The notes below the pieces were generated by a model. It was not told where the DNA came from, searched no databases, and was given only the letters and a program-made list of their open reading frames with translations. A DNA stretch of 64,000 bases from NCBI GenBank assembly GCA_042138025.1, contig JBHIUZ010000002.1:3195-67194 (forward strand). Direction: 5' to 3'. This document shows, piece by piece, positions 27,362 through 36,098 of this stretch. The position numbers were made by a program, and so were the translations under genes. The stretch's first letter is position 1, and the number at the start of each line of letters is the position of its first letter. This DNA is from Nitrosopumilaceae archaeon. Lineage in GTDB: Archaea > Thermoproteota > Nitrososphaeria > Nitrososphaerales > Nitrosopumilaceae.

Positions 27362-28636
27362 TCATTGATTAGGGTTATATCTTAAAACTGCTCCAATTTT
27401 CCCAATACTTGATAGCATTGAACCATGTTCTGATTTTCCTGAAATTACCTCTACAGTAGTTCCAGTTTTTGAGGCAATTAAAGCAAGATAATCTACAATG
27501 TCCTGTTCAATTACTTCAGAACCTGTGCTCTTACATTTTGGACAAGGTGCATTAAGCAGTTCTGTTTTTTTTGGAATTACTTTTGGACGCTCAACAATAT
27601 ATTCTTGAATGTGTTGGCATCTATTACATTTATTTTCTAATCTATGTAAATTAGTATCGTCAGTAATGATTATCTTATCTGCAACATTATTTTTTAAATA
27701 ATTAATAACTTCATTCATTCCATATGATCCTAACCCAGTGTTGGTGTTAATATGTTTGAATAATTCTTCTACTAGTTTTTTTTCTTCTATCATTCTATAA
27801 TCTGATAAAATTTCTCCAGATTTTGCAAATGCTTCTCTAATTCCTTCTGAACCTGAATATGATGCATCTATAGTAGATATTATCATATCTTGTAAACGAT
27901 ATTCTAAATAATTATTGTTGATAAATTCTTCTTTAGTAGGTCCTGGACCTGAAATAATTAGGCCTTTAATCGGATAAATATCAATAAAATATTCTTTCGT
28001 AATTTCAGCTACTCTATTAAAAAAATAAGTAAGCTCCATTTCGCGTAGTTTTTGAAATCTTTTTGCTGATTGGCCACCTTGTCTATGTTTTCCTGCAACT
28101 CCTGACCCAGTTTCTTTTAACACCTCAATTTTATCCCCATGCAACAATCCCCAACCTGCATCTTTTGAATCAATAGCTAAAAACCCAATTAGATTATCAT
28201 CTTTGAGCATATCCTTTAGTATATCTACATGAAAGTGATCATCGCATCGATACAAAAATGTCTTTAAATCTTTTGGTGGATCAATTTCATAGACTTTGAC
28301 AACCTCGCTACCAAGTGCTCCTCCGCCTTCTGGGGGTAGAGCCCCGCAAAAAATTACTAATCCACGTTCTGGTGTTTTTTTATAAAGTTTTAGTCTTTGA
28401 ACAACTTTGGATAGTGAATCTACTACATGAGAACGCGTTAAATCTGATTTAATATTATCAGCAGTTCCTTGTTCTTCTCTCAAATTAGTTATTACTTCAT
28501 GAAGCTGTTTGCCTTGAGGGATATAGAGACTGATTAATTCAGTTCCACGGCCCGTTTTTTGTGATAATTCTTCTAATGTTTTTCTAATTTTGTAAAGCTT
28601 TACCGAGTCTTGTTTCTGAATTGTGAATTTTCCCAT
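27362..28636 (-). CDS. prf1: Peptide chain release factor aRF1
   Basis: NIKS (TADNIKS) and GGQ (HRQGGQSAKRF) motifs; 424 aa. Confidence 0.95.
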   Translation of the reverse strand: MGKFTIQKQDSVKLYKIRKTLEELSQKTGRGTELISLYIPQGKQLHEVITNLREEQGTADNIKSDLTRSHVVDSLSKVVQRLKLYKKTPERGLVIFCGALPPEGGGALGSEVVKVYEIDPPKDLKTFLYRCDDHFHVDILKDMLKDDNLIGFLAIDSKDAGWGLLHGDKIEVLKETGSGVAGKHRQGGQSAKRFQKLREMELTYFFNRVAEITKEYFIDIYPIKGLIISGPGPTKEEFINNNYLEYRLQDMIISTIDASYSGSEGIREAFAKSGEILSDYRMIEEKKLVEELFKHINTNTGLGSYGMNEVINYLKNNVADKIIITDDTNLHRLENKCNRCQHIQEYIVERPKVIPKKTELLNAPCPKCKSTGSEVIEQDIVDYLALIASKTGTTVEVISGKSEHGSMLSSIGKIGAVLRYNPNQ

Positions 28637-28771
28637 ATTTTCAATTGTTTGATAAAGCGAATATTAAGTTTGGTTGGAATTTAATTACATAATTAGATTT
28701 TGCCAAAATGGACCTATAATTTACAAAAATTGACCGCACTAATCATTTAGCTTTATTCGATATTATAGTGT

Positions 28772-29152
28772 ATGAGCAGTAAAACTATAGGAAAATTGTA
28801 TCCAATTGCATTGGACGACTATCCTAAATTATTAAGATACAAAGTATCTGAAAAGGGAATTTACTACATTGAAGATCTTATTCGTGAAATTTATGTTGAA
28901 CAAAAAGACCTTTCATTGAATAAACTCACCCAATTAGGTCTTTTATTAAAAACATACATTTGTCAATCAAAACGGGTTGATGAGGAAGTTATGTTTCAAG
29001 ATATTTCAAAAAGAGCAAGAAAACTTGGAGGTATCGAAACTCATAACATTAAGGAAATACTTCAAAGACTTATGATGAGGGATTTAATCGGTCCAAACCC
29101 TCAATATGATCCAAGTATTGCTATAAGCATCCATCGTAAAGACCTCATTTAA
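28772..29152 (+). CDS. Hypothetical protein
   Basis: 126-aa ORF just upstream of the histidine kinase on the same strand. No motif recognised. Confidence 0.4.
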   Translation: MSSKTIGKLYPIALDDYPKLLRYKVSEKGIYYIEDLIREIYVEQKDLSLNKLTQLGLLLKTYICQSKRVDEEVMFQDISKRARKLGGIETHNIKEILQRLMMRDLIGPNPQYDPSIAISIHRKDLI

Positions 29153-29224
29153 GAGATTTTTGTAGTTCGTGTGTTCGTAACGAACACCGAACTAAGTATA
29201 TCTTTAAAATTCAAAATATTGAAA

Positions 29225-30388
29225 ATGGCAAAAAAAGGTTCTACAAGAAAAAATTCAATTTCTAATAAACATCTAAAAACCAAAAAACCTACTTTTGATA
29301 ATACTGATTTTCAAATTAAAAAAGCAGAAGAGTATATGAAAAAAATTAATGACCAATTATCAAATCGGTTATTAAGAATTGATAAAATTAGAAATTCTCA
29401 TGCAAAGTTGGAACGCCAAATTGAAGTTTTACAATCCGGAAAGACCTTCAAACCTCATGATATTTTTATGGAGAGTGTAAATAATCTTGTTGAGATACCA
29501 GAAGCAATCAAGGTAAATACCGAATTATCTACATTAATAGAAAAATATGCTGAAGAAAAACTAGAATTGATGAGAAAATTATTTTCAAATGAAAAAAAAC
29601 AAACCAGGGAATTTAATGAAAAATTAAAAGAAAATTTATCCCGAATGGCAATATCTGAACAGCAATTAAAACGACAAAGGGATTATTTACAACTTGAATT
29701 AAGAGAAAAATCAAAAAAATTGGTCCAAGCTGAACGACTTTCTGCAATTGGGGAATTGACTGCTAGATTAGCCCATGATTTGAGGAATCCATTAACTGTA
29801 CTTAAAGGAGTTGTTGAAATTGCTAGATCCAAAGCTAAATCTGGAGAAACTAGTTTTTCGACAAATCAAATTGACATGATGGAACGTGCAATTATAAGAA
29901 TGTCTAATCAAATTGACGATGTTTTAGAATTTGTAAAAATACAATCTTTACATGCAACAAAAAATTCTATTTTAGAAACAATTGGATTATCATTAGCAAA
30001 AATAAAAAAACCTAATAATGTTAAAATTAACATTCCAGAAATAGATGTAGAATTTGTTTATGATTCAGATAAAATTGAAGTAGTACTAGATAATTTGCTA
30101 ACTAATTCAATACAAGCAATTGATAATGATGGGGAAATAACAATTCGAATAAATAATTTAGAGGATGAAATAGAAATCGAAGTAGAAGATTCTGGAGATG
30201 GAGTGCCAGATGAAATAATTTCAAGAATTTTTGAACCACTGTTTACAACAAAGAAAAAAGGCACAGGGCTAGGGCTTGCAAGTTGTAAGAGCATAGTTGA
30301 ACAGCATGGGGGAAGCATTTCTGTGAAAAATAAACCAAGTGTTTTTACAATCAGATTGCCTAAAATGTTAGAAATTTCTACCATCTAA
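29225..30388 (+). CDS. Cytoplasmic histidine kinase (coiled-coil N-terminus, HisKA + HATPase_c, no TM or sensor domain)
   Basis: H-box RLAHDLRNPL, N-box LDNLLTNSIQA, G1 EDSGDGVP, G2 GTGLGLASC. Start moved to the ATG at 29225. Confidence 0.85.
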   Translation: MAKKGSTRKNSISNKHLKTKKPTFDNTDFQIKKAEEYMKKINDQLSNRLLRIDKIRNSHAKLERQIEVLQSGKTFKPHDIFMESVNNLVEIPEAIKVNTELSTLIEKYAEEKLELMRKLFSNEKKQTREFNEKLKENLSRMAISEQQLKRQRDYLQLELREKSKKLVQAERLSAIGELTARLAHDLRNPLTVLKGVVEIARSKAKSGETSFSTNQIDMMERAIIRMSNQIDDVLEFVKIQSLHATKNSILETIGLSLAKIKKPNNVKINIPEIDVEFVYDSDKIEVVLDNLLTNSIQAIDNDGEITIRINNLEDEIEIEVEDSGDGVPDEIISRIFEPLFTTKKKGTGLGLASCKSIVEQHGGSISVKNKPSVFTIRLPKMLEISTI

Positions 30389-30391
30389 TGA

Positions 30392-31033
30392 TTACAAATC
30401 ATCAATTGCTTGCCTAAAAACATCTAGAGGTTGGTTTCCTCTTATTTTAATAATTTTTTCACTATTAAAAATTAAAAAAGACGGAGTGGCATCTATTCCT
30501 ATTTCTCTACCAAATTTTTCTAAATTAAGAACTTTTTGTCGATATACATGTTCATCTAAACATTTTCTAAATTGGTCTAATTCTAGCTCTATTGATTTTG
30601 CAAATTTATTTAGCGAGTCATTATTAATCCAACCAGTTCTTTCCCCTGCCCAATTTTTATACAATTCATCATGATATGCCCAGTATTTTCCTTGATCCCC
30701 TGCACAATAAGATGCTTCTGCAGCTAAAATAGAATCAGGACCATTTAATGGAAAATCTTTGAAAACAAGTTTAACTTTTCCTGTATCTACATATTCAGAT
30801 AATATCACTTTCAAACTAGATTCATGGAATCTATAACAAAAGGTACACTGATAATCTCCCCATTCTAAAATCGTGATTGGAGCAGAAGGGTTACCAATTA
30901 TTGGAGATCCATTTTCAATTAGTTTTTTTTGGCTAAAAAGGACTTCCTCAGTATCGTTACTTATTTGGTTGAGAAATATTACAGAAACTATTCCTAAGAC
31001 TATGGGAATTATTAGATAGAATATTTTTTTCAC
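30392..31033 (-). CDS. DsbA-like thiol:disulfide oxidoreductase, membrane-anchored or secreted
   Basis: N-terminal TM; thioredoxin-fold active site WGDYQCTFC; ATPSF cis-Pro-like loop. Confidence 0.8.
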   Translation of the reverse strand: MKKIFYLIIPIVLGIVSVIFLNQISNDTEEVLFSQKKLIENGSPIIGNPSAPITILEWGDYQCTFCYRFHESSLKVILSEYVDTGKVKLVFKDFPLNGPDSILAAEASYCAGDQGKYWAYHDELYKNWAGERTGWINNDSLNKFAKSIELELDQFRKCLDEHVYRQKVLNLEKFGREIGIDATPSFLIFNSEKIIKIRGNQPLDVFRQAIDDL

Positions 31034-31080
31034 AATTTGATAATTTTGTCGATGTAATTATTTCATAGCATTTTTGATAT

Positions 31081-31105
31081 ATTCTCTTACAGTTTGTAAG
31101 AGAAT
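31081..31105. promoter_or_regulatory. 10-bp perfect inverted repeat ATTCTCTTAC-n5-GTAAGAGAAT abutting a TATA-like box upstream of cbtB
   Basis: Read directly. tttaaata follows immediately, and the cbtB ATG is 32 nt downstream. Confidence 0.5.
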
Positions 31106-31136
31106 TTAAATACGCCAGTAGATTCTAAAATTAAAG

Positions 31137-31352
31137 ATGTCACAGGCAAGGGGTATAACAATTTCAAAATCAGGAATTCCGGTTTTTGCCATTATCCTTC
31201 TTGCAGGAATCTTTGCTTTTGGATTGTTCGTTGTAGGTTACGATCAAGGTCATTTGTTTAGTGTAATAATTGGCGAAGTTGCATTTGATGAATTATACTT
31301 ACATGAATTAACTCATGATATGAGACATGCAGCAGGTTTTCCATGTCATTAG
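31137..31352 (+). CDS. cbtB: Putative cobalt transporter subunit CbtB
   Basis: 71 aa, one TM. The C-terminal HDMRHAAGFPCH matches the CbtB signature HD-x-RH-x3-FPCH. Confidence 0.8.
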   Translation: MSQARGITISKSGIPVFAIILLAGIFAFGLFVVGYDQGHLFSVIIGEVAFDELYLHELTHDMRHAAGFPCH

Positions 31353-31361
31353 GGGACATTA

Positions 31362-32093
31362 ATGAAAACATTTCTCTTTATTGCAATAGTTCTGCTTTCA
31401 GGATTTTTAGCAGGAACTGGCCATGGTCTTGCAAATTTAATATTTGTTGAACCATATCTTGATGAAGCAATTGGAATAGAAAACCAAAATCTCTTTTCAT
31501 CGGGTCAAGAAGAAGATACGCCTGAATTTCAAGCAGAATACGAATCATATAGGATATGGCAAAAAGGAGGACAGGTTTTAGCAGGTTCCATACTTGGGAC
31601 TTCTATGGGGGCATTATTTGGGATAGTTTTTGCATTATCAAAAAAGGTTTTACCGGGGGATCATCATATCAAAAAAGCCCTAGTATTATCAGGCTTAATG
31701 TGGACTACAATTTACTTGATTCCATTTTTGAAATATCCTGCAAACCCACCCACCGTAGGTGATGCAGATACAGTTGTACTTAGATCAATATTGTATTTGT
31801 CATTTATCGCCATTTCTGGATTAGGTGCAGTTGGATTTTATCAGATATTCAAAAGATTACAAAATAGAAAAAGAATTGTAGCCATATTAGGATATGCGTT
31901 ATTTGTCAGTGCGATGTTTGTTTTAATGCCGGATAACCCTGATAAAGTAACCGCTCCCATGGACCTTGTTTCTGGATTTAGAATAATGTCTGTAGTGGCT
32001 GTATCGATATTTTGGATTGCTAATGGAATCATTCTTGGGGCATTCTGGCAAAAATATAATCCAGAAAAATCAATTCAAACAAAAACTCAGTAA
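31362..32093 (+). CDS. cbtA: Putative cobalt transporter subunit CbtA
   Basis: 243-aa multi-TM protein immediately after cbtB. N-terminal F-x-EP-x-L-x-EA-like segment as in the CbtA family. Confidence 0.7.
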   Translation: MKTFLFIAIVLLSGFLAGTGHGLANLIFVEPYLDEAIGIENQNLFSSGQEEDTPEFQAEYESYRIWQKGGQVLAGSILGTSMGALFGIVFALSKKVLPGDHHIKKALVLSGLMWTTIYLIPFLKYPANPPTVGDADTVVLRSILYLSFIAISGLGAVGFYQIFKRLQNRKRIVAILGYALFVSAMFVLMPDNPDKVTAPMDLVSGFRIMSVVAVSIFWIANGIILGAFWQKYNPEKSIQTKTQ

Positions 32094-32161
32094 CAAAATT
32101 CTAATTATATAGAATGAGAATAGCATTTCGTTTAAATAAGTCTAGAAATTTCATATGGTAA

Positions 32162-32491
32162 TTGGCTCGACGTCTAACTCTCCCTCAATTAAAAAAATAT
32201 GATATTACTCAAAAAGTAATTGAATCTCTTGCAGATGCTGAATCTAGAGCAATTTTATTTTCAATTATTAAAAAAGGAAAAACTGCAGCAGAGATTTCTG
32301 AAAAATGTAAAATTCCTTTAAGTTCAGTTTATAAAAAATTATTGGATCTTGAAAATTTAACTTTAGTTGAAATTGAACGATGGCTTATTTCAGATAAAGG
32401 AAGAAAATTTAAAATTTATCGTAGCCGAATTAGCAAAGCTGATATTAGTATTAAAAAATCAGAACCATCACTTACATTGGTACCTAATTAA
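32162..32491 (+). CDS. ArsR-like winged-helix transcriptional regulator (paralog 1)
   Basis: ITQKVIESLADAESRAILFSI...AAEISEKCKIPLSSVYKKLLDLENL. TTG start as tracked. Confidence 0.6.
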   Translation: MARRLTLPQLKKYDITQKVIESLADAESRAILFSIIKKGKTAAEISEKCKIPLSSVYKKLLDLENLTLVEIERWLISDKGRKFKIYRSRISKADISIKKSEPSLTLVPN

Positions 32492-32501
32492 AGGTGAAAA
32501 A

Positions 32502-32846
32502 ATGGACAAGCCAACAATAATCCAATTAAGTGAATACGATGTAACGCAAAAAATAATTGAATCATTAACAAATGTTTGTACCAGAGCAGTATTATTTTCA
32601 ATAGTTCATGAACCAAAAGATGCTACACAGATTGCACACGAAGTACGAATTTCTCTATCATCAGTGTACAAAACTCTATCAACTTTAGAAGAGCTTGCAC
32701 TCATTAATGTTAACAACTATAGAATTTCTGAAGAAGGAAAGAAAATTAAATTATACAAAAGTAAAATTGGTCAGGTTGTAATTACAATAAAAGATAATGA
32801 ACCAATATTGAGCTTGTACGCCAATCCTGGAAAAAGCGACAAATAA
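32502..32846 (+). CDS. ArsR-like winged-helix transcriptional regulator (paralog 2)
   Basis: VTQKIIESLTNVCTRAVLFSI...ATQIAHEVRISLSSVYKTLSTLEEL is colinear with the upstream paralog. ATG at 32502 is preceded by aaggtga. Confidence 0.65.
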   Translation: MDKPTIIQLSEYDVTQKIIESLTNVCTRAVLFSIVHEPKDATQIAHEVRISLSSVYKTLSTLEELALINVNNYRISEEGKKIKLYKSKIGQVVITIKDNEPILSLYANPGKSDK

Positions 32847-32922
32847 TCATTCTCTGCACATAGAATCACTTTCTAGAACTACTTTGTAGTTTAAATAATG
32901 TTAGCTAATCCTAACTCAATAC

Positions 32923-34005
32923 ATGGAACAAAAATTACTATTGGTACTAACTTTAACAATTGCAATTAGTTTAGCTACTATTCCTATTACAATAAATGCT
33001 GAATCTGAACTTATTCCAAGTTGGATTAAAAATACTGCTGGTTATTGGACAAAAAACCAAATATCCGATACCGAATTTATGGATGCAATCGAATATCTTA
33101 TTTCTCAAGGAACCATCAAAGTTCCAAATCTTCCTAGGGCTGTAGATGTGGATACCATTACAATTGGTTTTATTCCAACAGAGAAGGCAGATGAGTTAAC
33201 TCCTAGGGCTGATGATCTTAAAAATTATCTTCAAGACAAATTAGGCGTTAAAGTAGAAATTGTAGTCCCTACAAACTATGAAACAATCATTGAAGGTTTA
33301 CGTTTTGGTCATATTGATGCAGCATTTATGGATACAGGTCCAGGTTGGATTGCACATCAACGTTCAGGAGCCGAAGTAGTTGCAGCCGAAGTTGTGTCTG
33401 GTAAAGTATACTATCAAGCAACTGTTTGGGCAAAAAACAATGATGATTCTATTAATTCTCTAAAGGATACAATAGGAAAACGGGTTGCTTTTACTAGTAT
33501 AACTGGTTCTTCAGGATTTGTTAGACCAATGGGAACATTGGTAGCTAACGGAGATGTAAAAATTCAAGGAAATGATTTAGTAGCATTAGAGAAGGCATTA
33601 GCTGATACTTTTAAGGAATATACCTTTTCTGGAGGCTATAAAGCCGCTCTTGAATTATTGTTAAATGATAATGTCGATGTAGCATTTGGTTCTGATATCG
33701 CCCCCCAAAAATATCTCACTGTTGACCAACAAAATCAACTAAAAATTGTAGAACAGATTGGCCCTGTACCATCACACGTATTAGTTGTTAGCTCTGACAT
33801 GTCAGATAATACAAAAAAACTATTCGTTGAGGCAATGCTTGAATTAAACAATGATGAAAATAATCATATTCTAAAAAGCATTTATGGTGCTGAAGCACTA
33901 ATTCCAACTACTACTAGTATGCATATAGGCGAGTTTGGAACGTATATTGATTCTCTAACGGGTATTGATCAAAAGATTCTAGATAACTACAGCTTTCAAA
34001 AATAA
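32923..34005 (+). CDS. phnD: Phosphonate/phosphite ABC transporter substrate-binding protein with an extra N-terminal module
   Basis: TIGFIPTEKADEL...YETIIEGLRFGHIDAAFM is the PhnD-family core, preceded by a signal/anchor helix and a ~40-aa ELIPSWIKNTAGYWTKNQISDTEFMDAIEYLISQGTI segment. Confidence 0.85.
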   Translation: MEQKLLLVLTLTIAISLATIPITINAESELIPSWIKNTAGYWTKNQISDTEFMDAIEYLISQGTIKVPNLPRAVDVDTITIGFIPTEKADELTPRADDLKNYLQDKLGVKVEIVVPTNYETIIEGLRFGHIDAAFMDTGPGWIAHQRSGAEVVAAEVVSGKVYYQATVWAKNNDDSINSLKDTIGKRVAFTSITGSSGFVRPMGTLVANGDVKIQGNDLVALEKALADTFKEYTFSGGYKAALELLLNDNVDVAFGSDIAPQKYLTVDQQNQLKIVEQIGPVPSHVLVVSSDMSDNTKKLFVEAMLELNNDENNHILKSIYGAEALIPTTTSMHIGEFGTYIDSLTGIDQKILDNYSFQK

Positions 34006-34850
34006 TGTCATTAAATAAACTAGAAAAAAAATCAAAAAATTTACCTGATTTTTCTAATCTTTCAAAAATTGATACAAAGATTTTAGTTCAAATGAATAAT
34101 GTTTGGGCATCATATGACGCAAAAAATTATTCATTAAAAGAAATTTCTTTATCAATTGAACGAGGTACAAATTATGCAATAGTTGGTCAATCAGGTTCTG
34201 GAAAATCCACTCTATTAAAATTAATCAACGGGATGATGAATCCGAGTAAAGGCCAGATTAAAGTTGATTATCAAACTCCAGACATGAATAAAAAACAGTT
34301 TAGAAAAGCAATGTCTAAAATTGGATATATCCCTCAAAGTCTAGGATTAGTTAAAAACATCTCTGTTTTAGAAAATGTTTTAATCGGAGCTTTGCCAAGA
34401 ATTGGGAAATTAAATTCTTTTTTAAAAAAATTTCCAGAAAATGAAATACAAGACGCTCTAAAAATTATCAAACTTGTTGGTCTTAAAGAAAAAGAACATA
34501 GAAAAGCATACATGTTAAGTGGGGGAGAAAAAAGAAGGGTTGCAATTGCAAGAGCATTAATGCAAAAACCTATTTTGCTTTTGGCCGACGAAATTGTATC
34601 TGAATTAGATCAAGTTACTGCAAGAGAAATTATGGATTTAATAGTTGATGCACAAAAACGATTAAACCTCACTTCAATAATGGTGCATCATGATATGAAA
34701 CTTGCTTTAGAATATGCAAATCGAGTAGCTGTGATCAAAGAAGGTCAAAAAATTTTAGAAATTGGAATTGAGGGGGATAAAATAATTGATTTTCAATCAG
34801 GGAATATGAGTCAGAAGGAAATACTGGAGTTATACAATAATGAATCCTAA
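34005..34850 (+). CDS. phnC: Phosphonate ABC transporter ATP-binding protein
   Basis: Walker A GQSGSGKST, signature LSGGEKRR, Walker B LLLADE. Start overlaps the phnD stop (TAATG). Confidence 0.9.
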   Translation: MSLNKLEKKSKNLPDFSNLSKIDTKILVQMNNVWASYDAKNYSLKEISLSIERGTNYAIVGQSGSGKSTLLKLINGMMNPSKGQIKVDYQTPDMNKKQFRKAMSKIGYIPQSLGLVKNISVLENVLIGALPRIGKLNSFLKKFPENEIQDALKIIKLVGLKEKEHRKAYMLSGGEKRRVAIARALMQKPILLLADEIVSELDQVTAREIMDLIVDAQKRLNLTSIMVHHDMKLALEYANRVAVIKEGQKILEIGIEGDKIIDFQSGNMSQKEILELYNNES

Positions 34851-35634
34851 AAATAACTTGATTGTTGCTTTAATCATTGCCGGGGTAATAGCGATGTCCT
34901 ATAACGTTGATGCAAATCCTGTTGAATTTGTAGAAGGAATTCCAAATTTAGCTATTGTTCTAAAAGAAATGACTGAGGTTGATCTGGATTTATTTGCTAC
35001 TGCATTTTGGTCGATGCTTGAAACGATAGAAATGGCGTTTATAGGAACATTTGTTGGGGTGGTAATTGCGCTCCCATTAAGTATGCTGGCTGCCAGAAAT
35101 CTAAATAGTAAATTAATGTATATTCCATTACGTGGAATTTTAGCTGCAGCGCGTACATTCCCTTCAATATTATGGGCGATTTTGTTTGTAATTATGGTTG
35201 GATTAGGACCTTTTGCAGGAGTTTTAGCAATTATTATGTACACTATAGGATTCATTGCTAAATTACAATACGAATCTATTGAAGCAGTAGATTCGGATCC
35301 GGTAGAAGCAGTTAATTCAATCGGTGTTTCAAAATGGCAGTTAATTCGTTATGTAGTAATTCCAGAGTCGGCCCCTCATTTGATTAGTCAAATATTGTAC
35401 ATGTTTGATTATAATGTACGTCAAACAAGTATTCTTGGACTGGTAGGCGCAGGAGGAATTGGCTTCTACATTATTAATTACATAAAATTCTTTGAATATG
35501 GAAAAGCGGCAGTCTTCATGCTTGTAGTTCTAATCACTGTATTGATAATTGATTATATTAGTGTAAAAATTCGAGATAAATACATTGTTAAAGCTCAAAA
35601 AGGAATGGAGGTAAAAGTTTGGAACAAAAAATAA
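34840..35634 (+). CDS. phnE: Phosphonate ABC transporter permease
   Basis: Multi-TM. TIEMAFIGTFVGVVIALPLSMLAARN resembles the PhnE N-terminal block. Overlaps phnC by 11 nt. Confidence 0.88.
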   Translation: MNPKNNLIVALIIAGVIAMSYNVDANPVEFVEGIPNLAIVLKEMTEVDLDLFATAFWSMLETIEMAFIGTFVGVVIALPLSMLAARNLNSKLMYIPLRGILAAARTFPSILWAILFVIMVGLGPFAGVLAIIMYTIGFIAKLQYESIEAVDSDPVEAVNSIGVSKWQLIRYVVIPESAPHLISQILYMFDYNVRQTSILGLVGAGGIGFYIINYIKFFEYGKAAVFMLVVLITVLIIDYISVKIRDKYIVKAQKGMEVKVWNKK

Positions 35635-36098
35635 AATATAAAATGGGATTTTTTTTATTATTACTAATTTTTATTTTTCCTATACATTCCTTATATGCAG
35701 AAACTTATCATTTAGAAATTGACGAGAATGTTTTTGATATTGAATATGAATTAAAAGGAGATGTTATAGCAATGGCAGCTGATAAGGAATCCATTTCTTT
35801 GTTAATTGCTACAGAAAATGTATTAGATTCTCAATTTAAAATTAAATTACCAAATGATCTTATTCGCGCAGAAAATAATGAATTTGCAGTTTTAGTAAAT
35901 GGATTTGAAGTTGATTATTCAGTGATTAATACCGATAACACACAACTTACGTTTTTCATACCTACATTTACTGAAGAAATAGAAATTATTGGAACCTATG
36001 TAGTTCCTGAATTCCCATTTGGTCCAATTTTGATTTTTGGAGCAATAAGTGGAATAATTCTGTTAATAGAAAAATCTAAAAAAATTCTTTTTAGGTGA
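35619..36098 (+). CDS. PEFG-CTERM sorting-signal protein (thaumarchaeal surface protein)
   Basis: N-terminal signal peptide. C-terminus VPEFPFGPILIFGAISGIILLIEKSKKILFR is a PEFG motif plus TM plus basic tail. An alternative start is the ATG at 35643. Confidence 0.7.
   Translation: MEQKIKYKMGFFLLLLIFIFPIHSLYAETYHLEIDENVFDIEYELKGDVIAMAADKESISLLIATENVLDSQFKIKLPNDLIRAENNEFAVLVNGFEVDYSVINTDNTQLTFFIPTFTEEIEIIGTYVVPEFPFGPILIFGAISGIILLIEKSKKILFR

Noticed and set aside
31034-31136. Cobalamin riboswitch upstream of cbtB.
   Set aside because: The gap is only about 100 nt and AT-rich. It has no extended GC-paired structure or B12-box-like sequence. A palindromic operator is the better reading.
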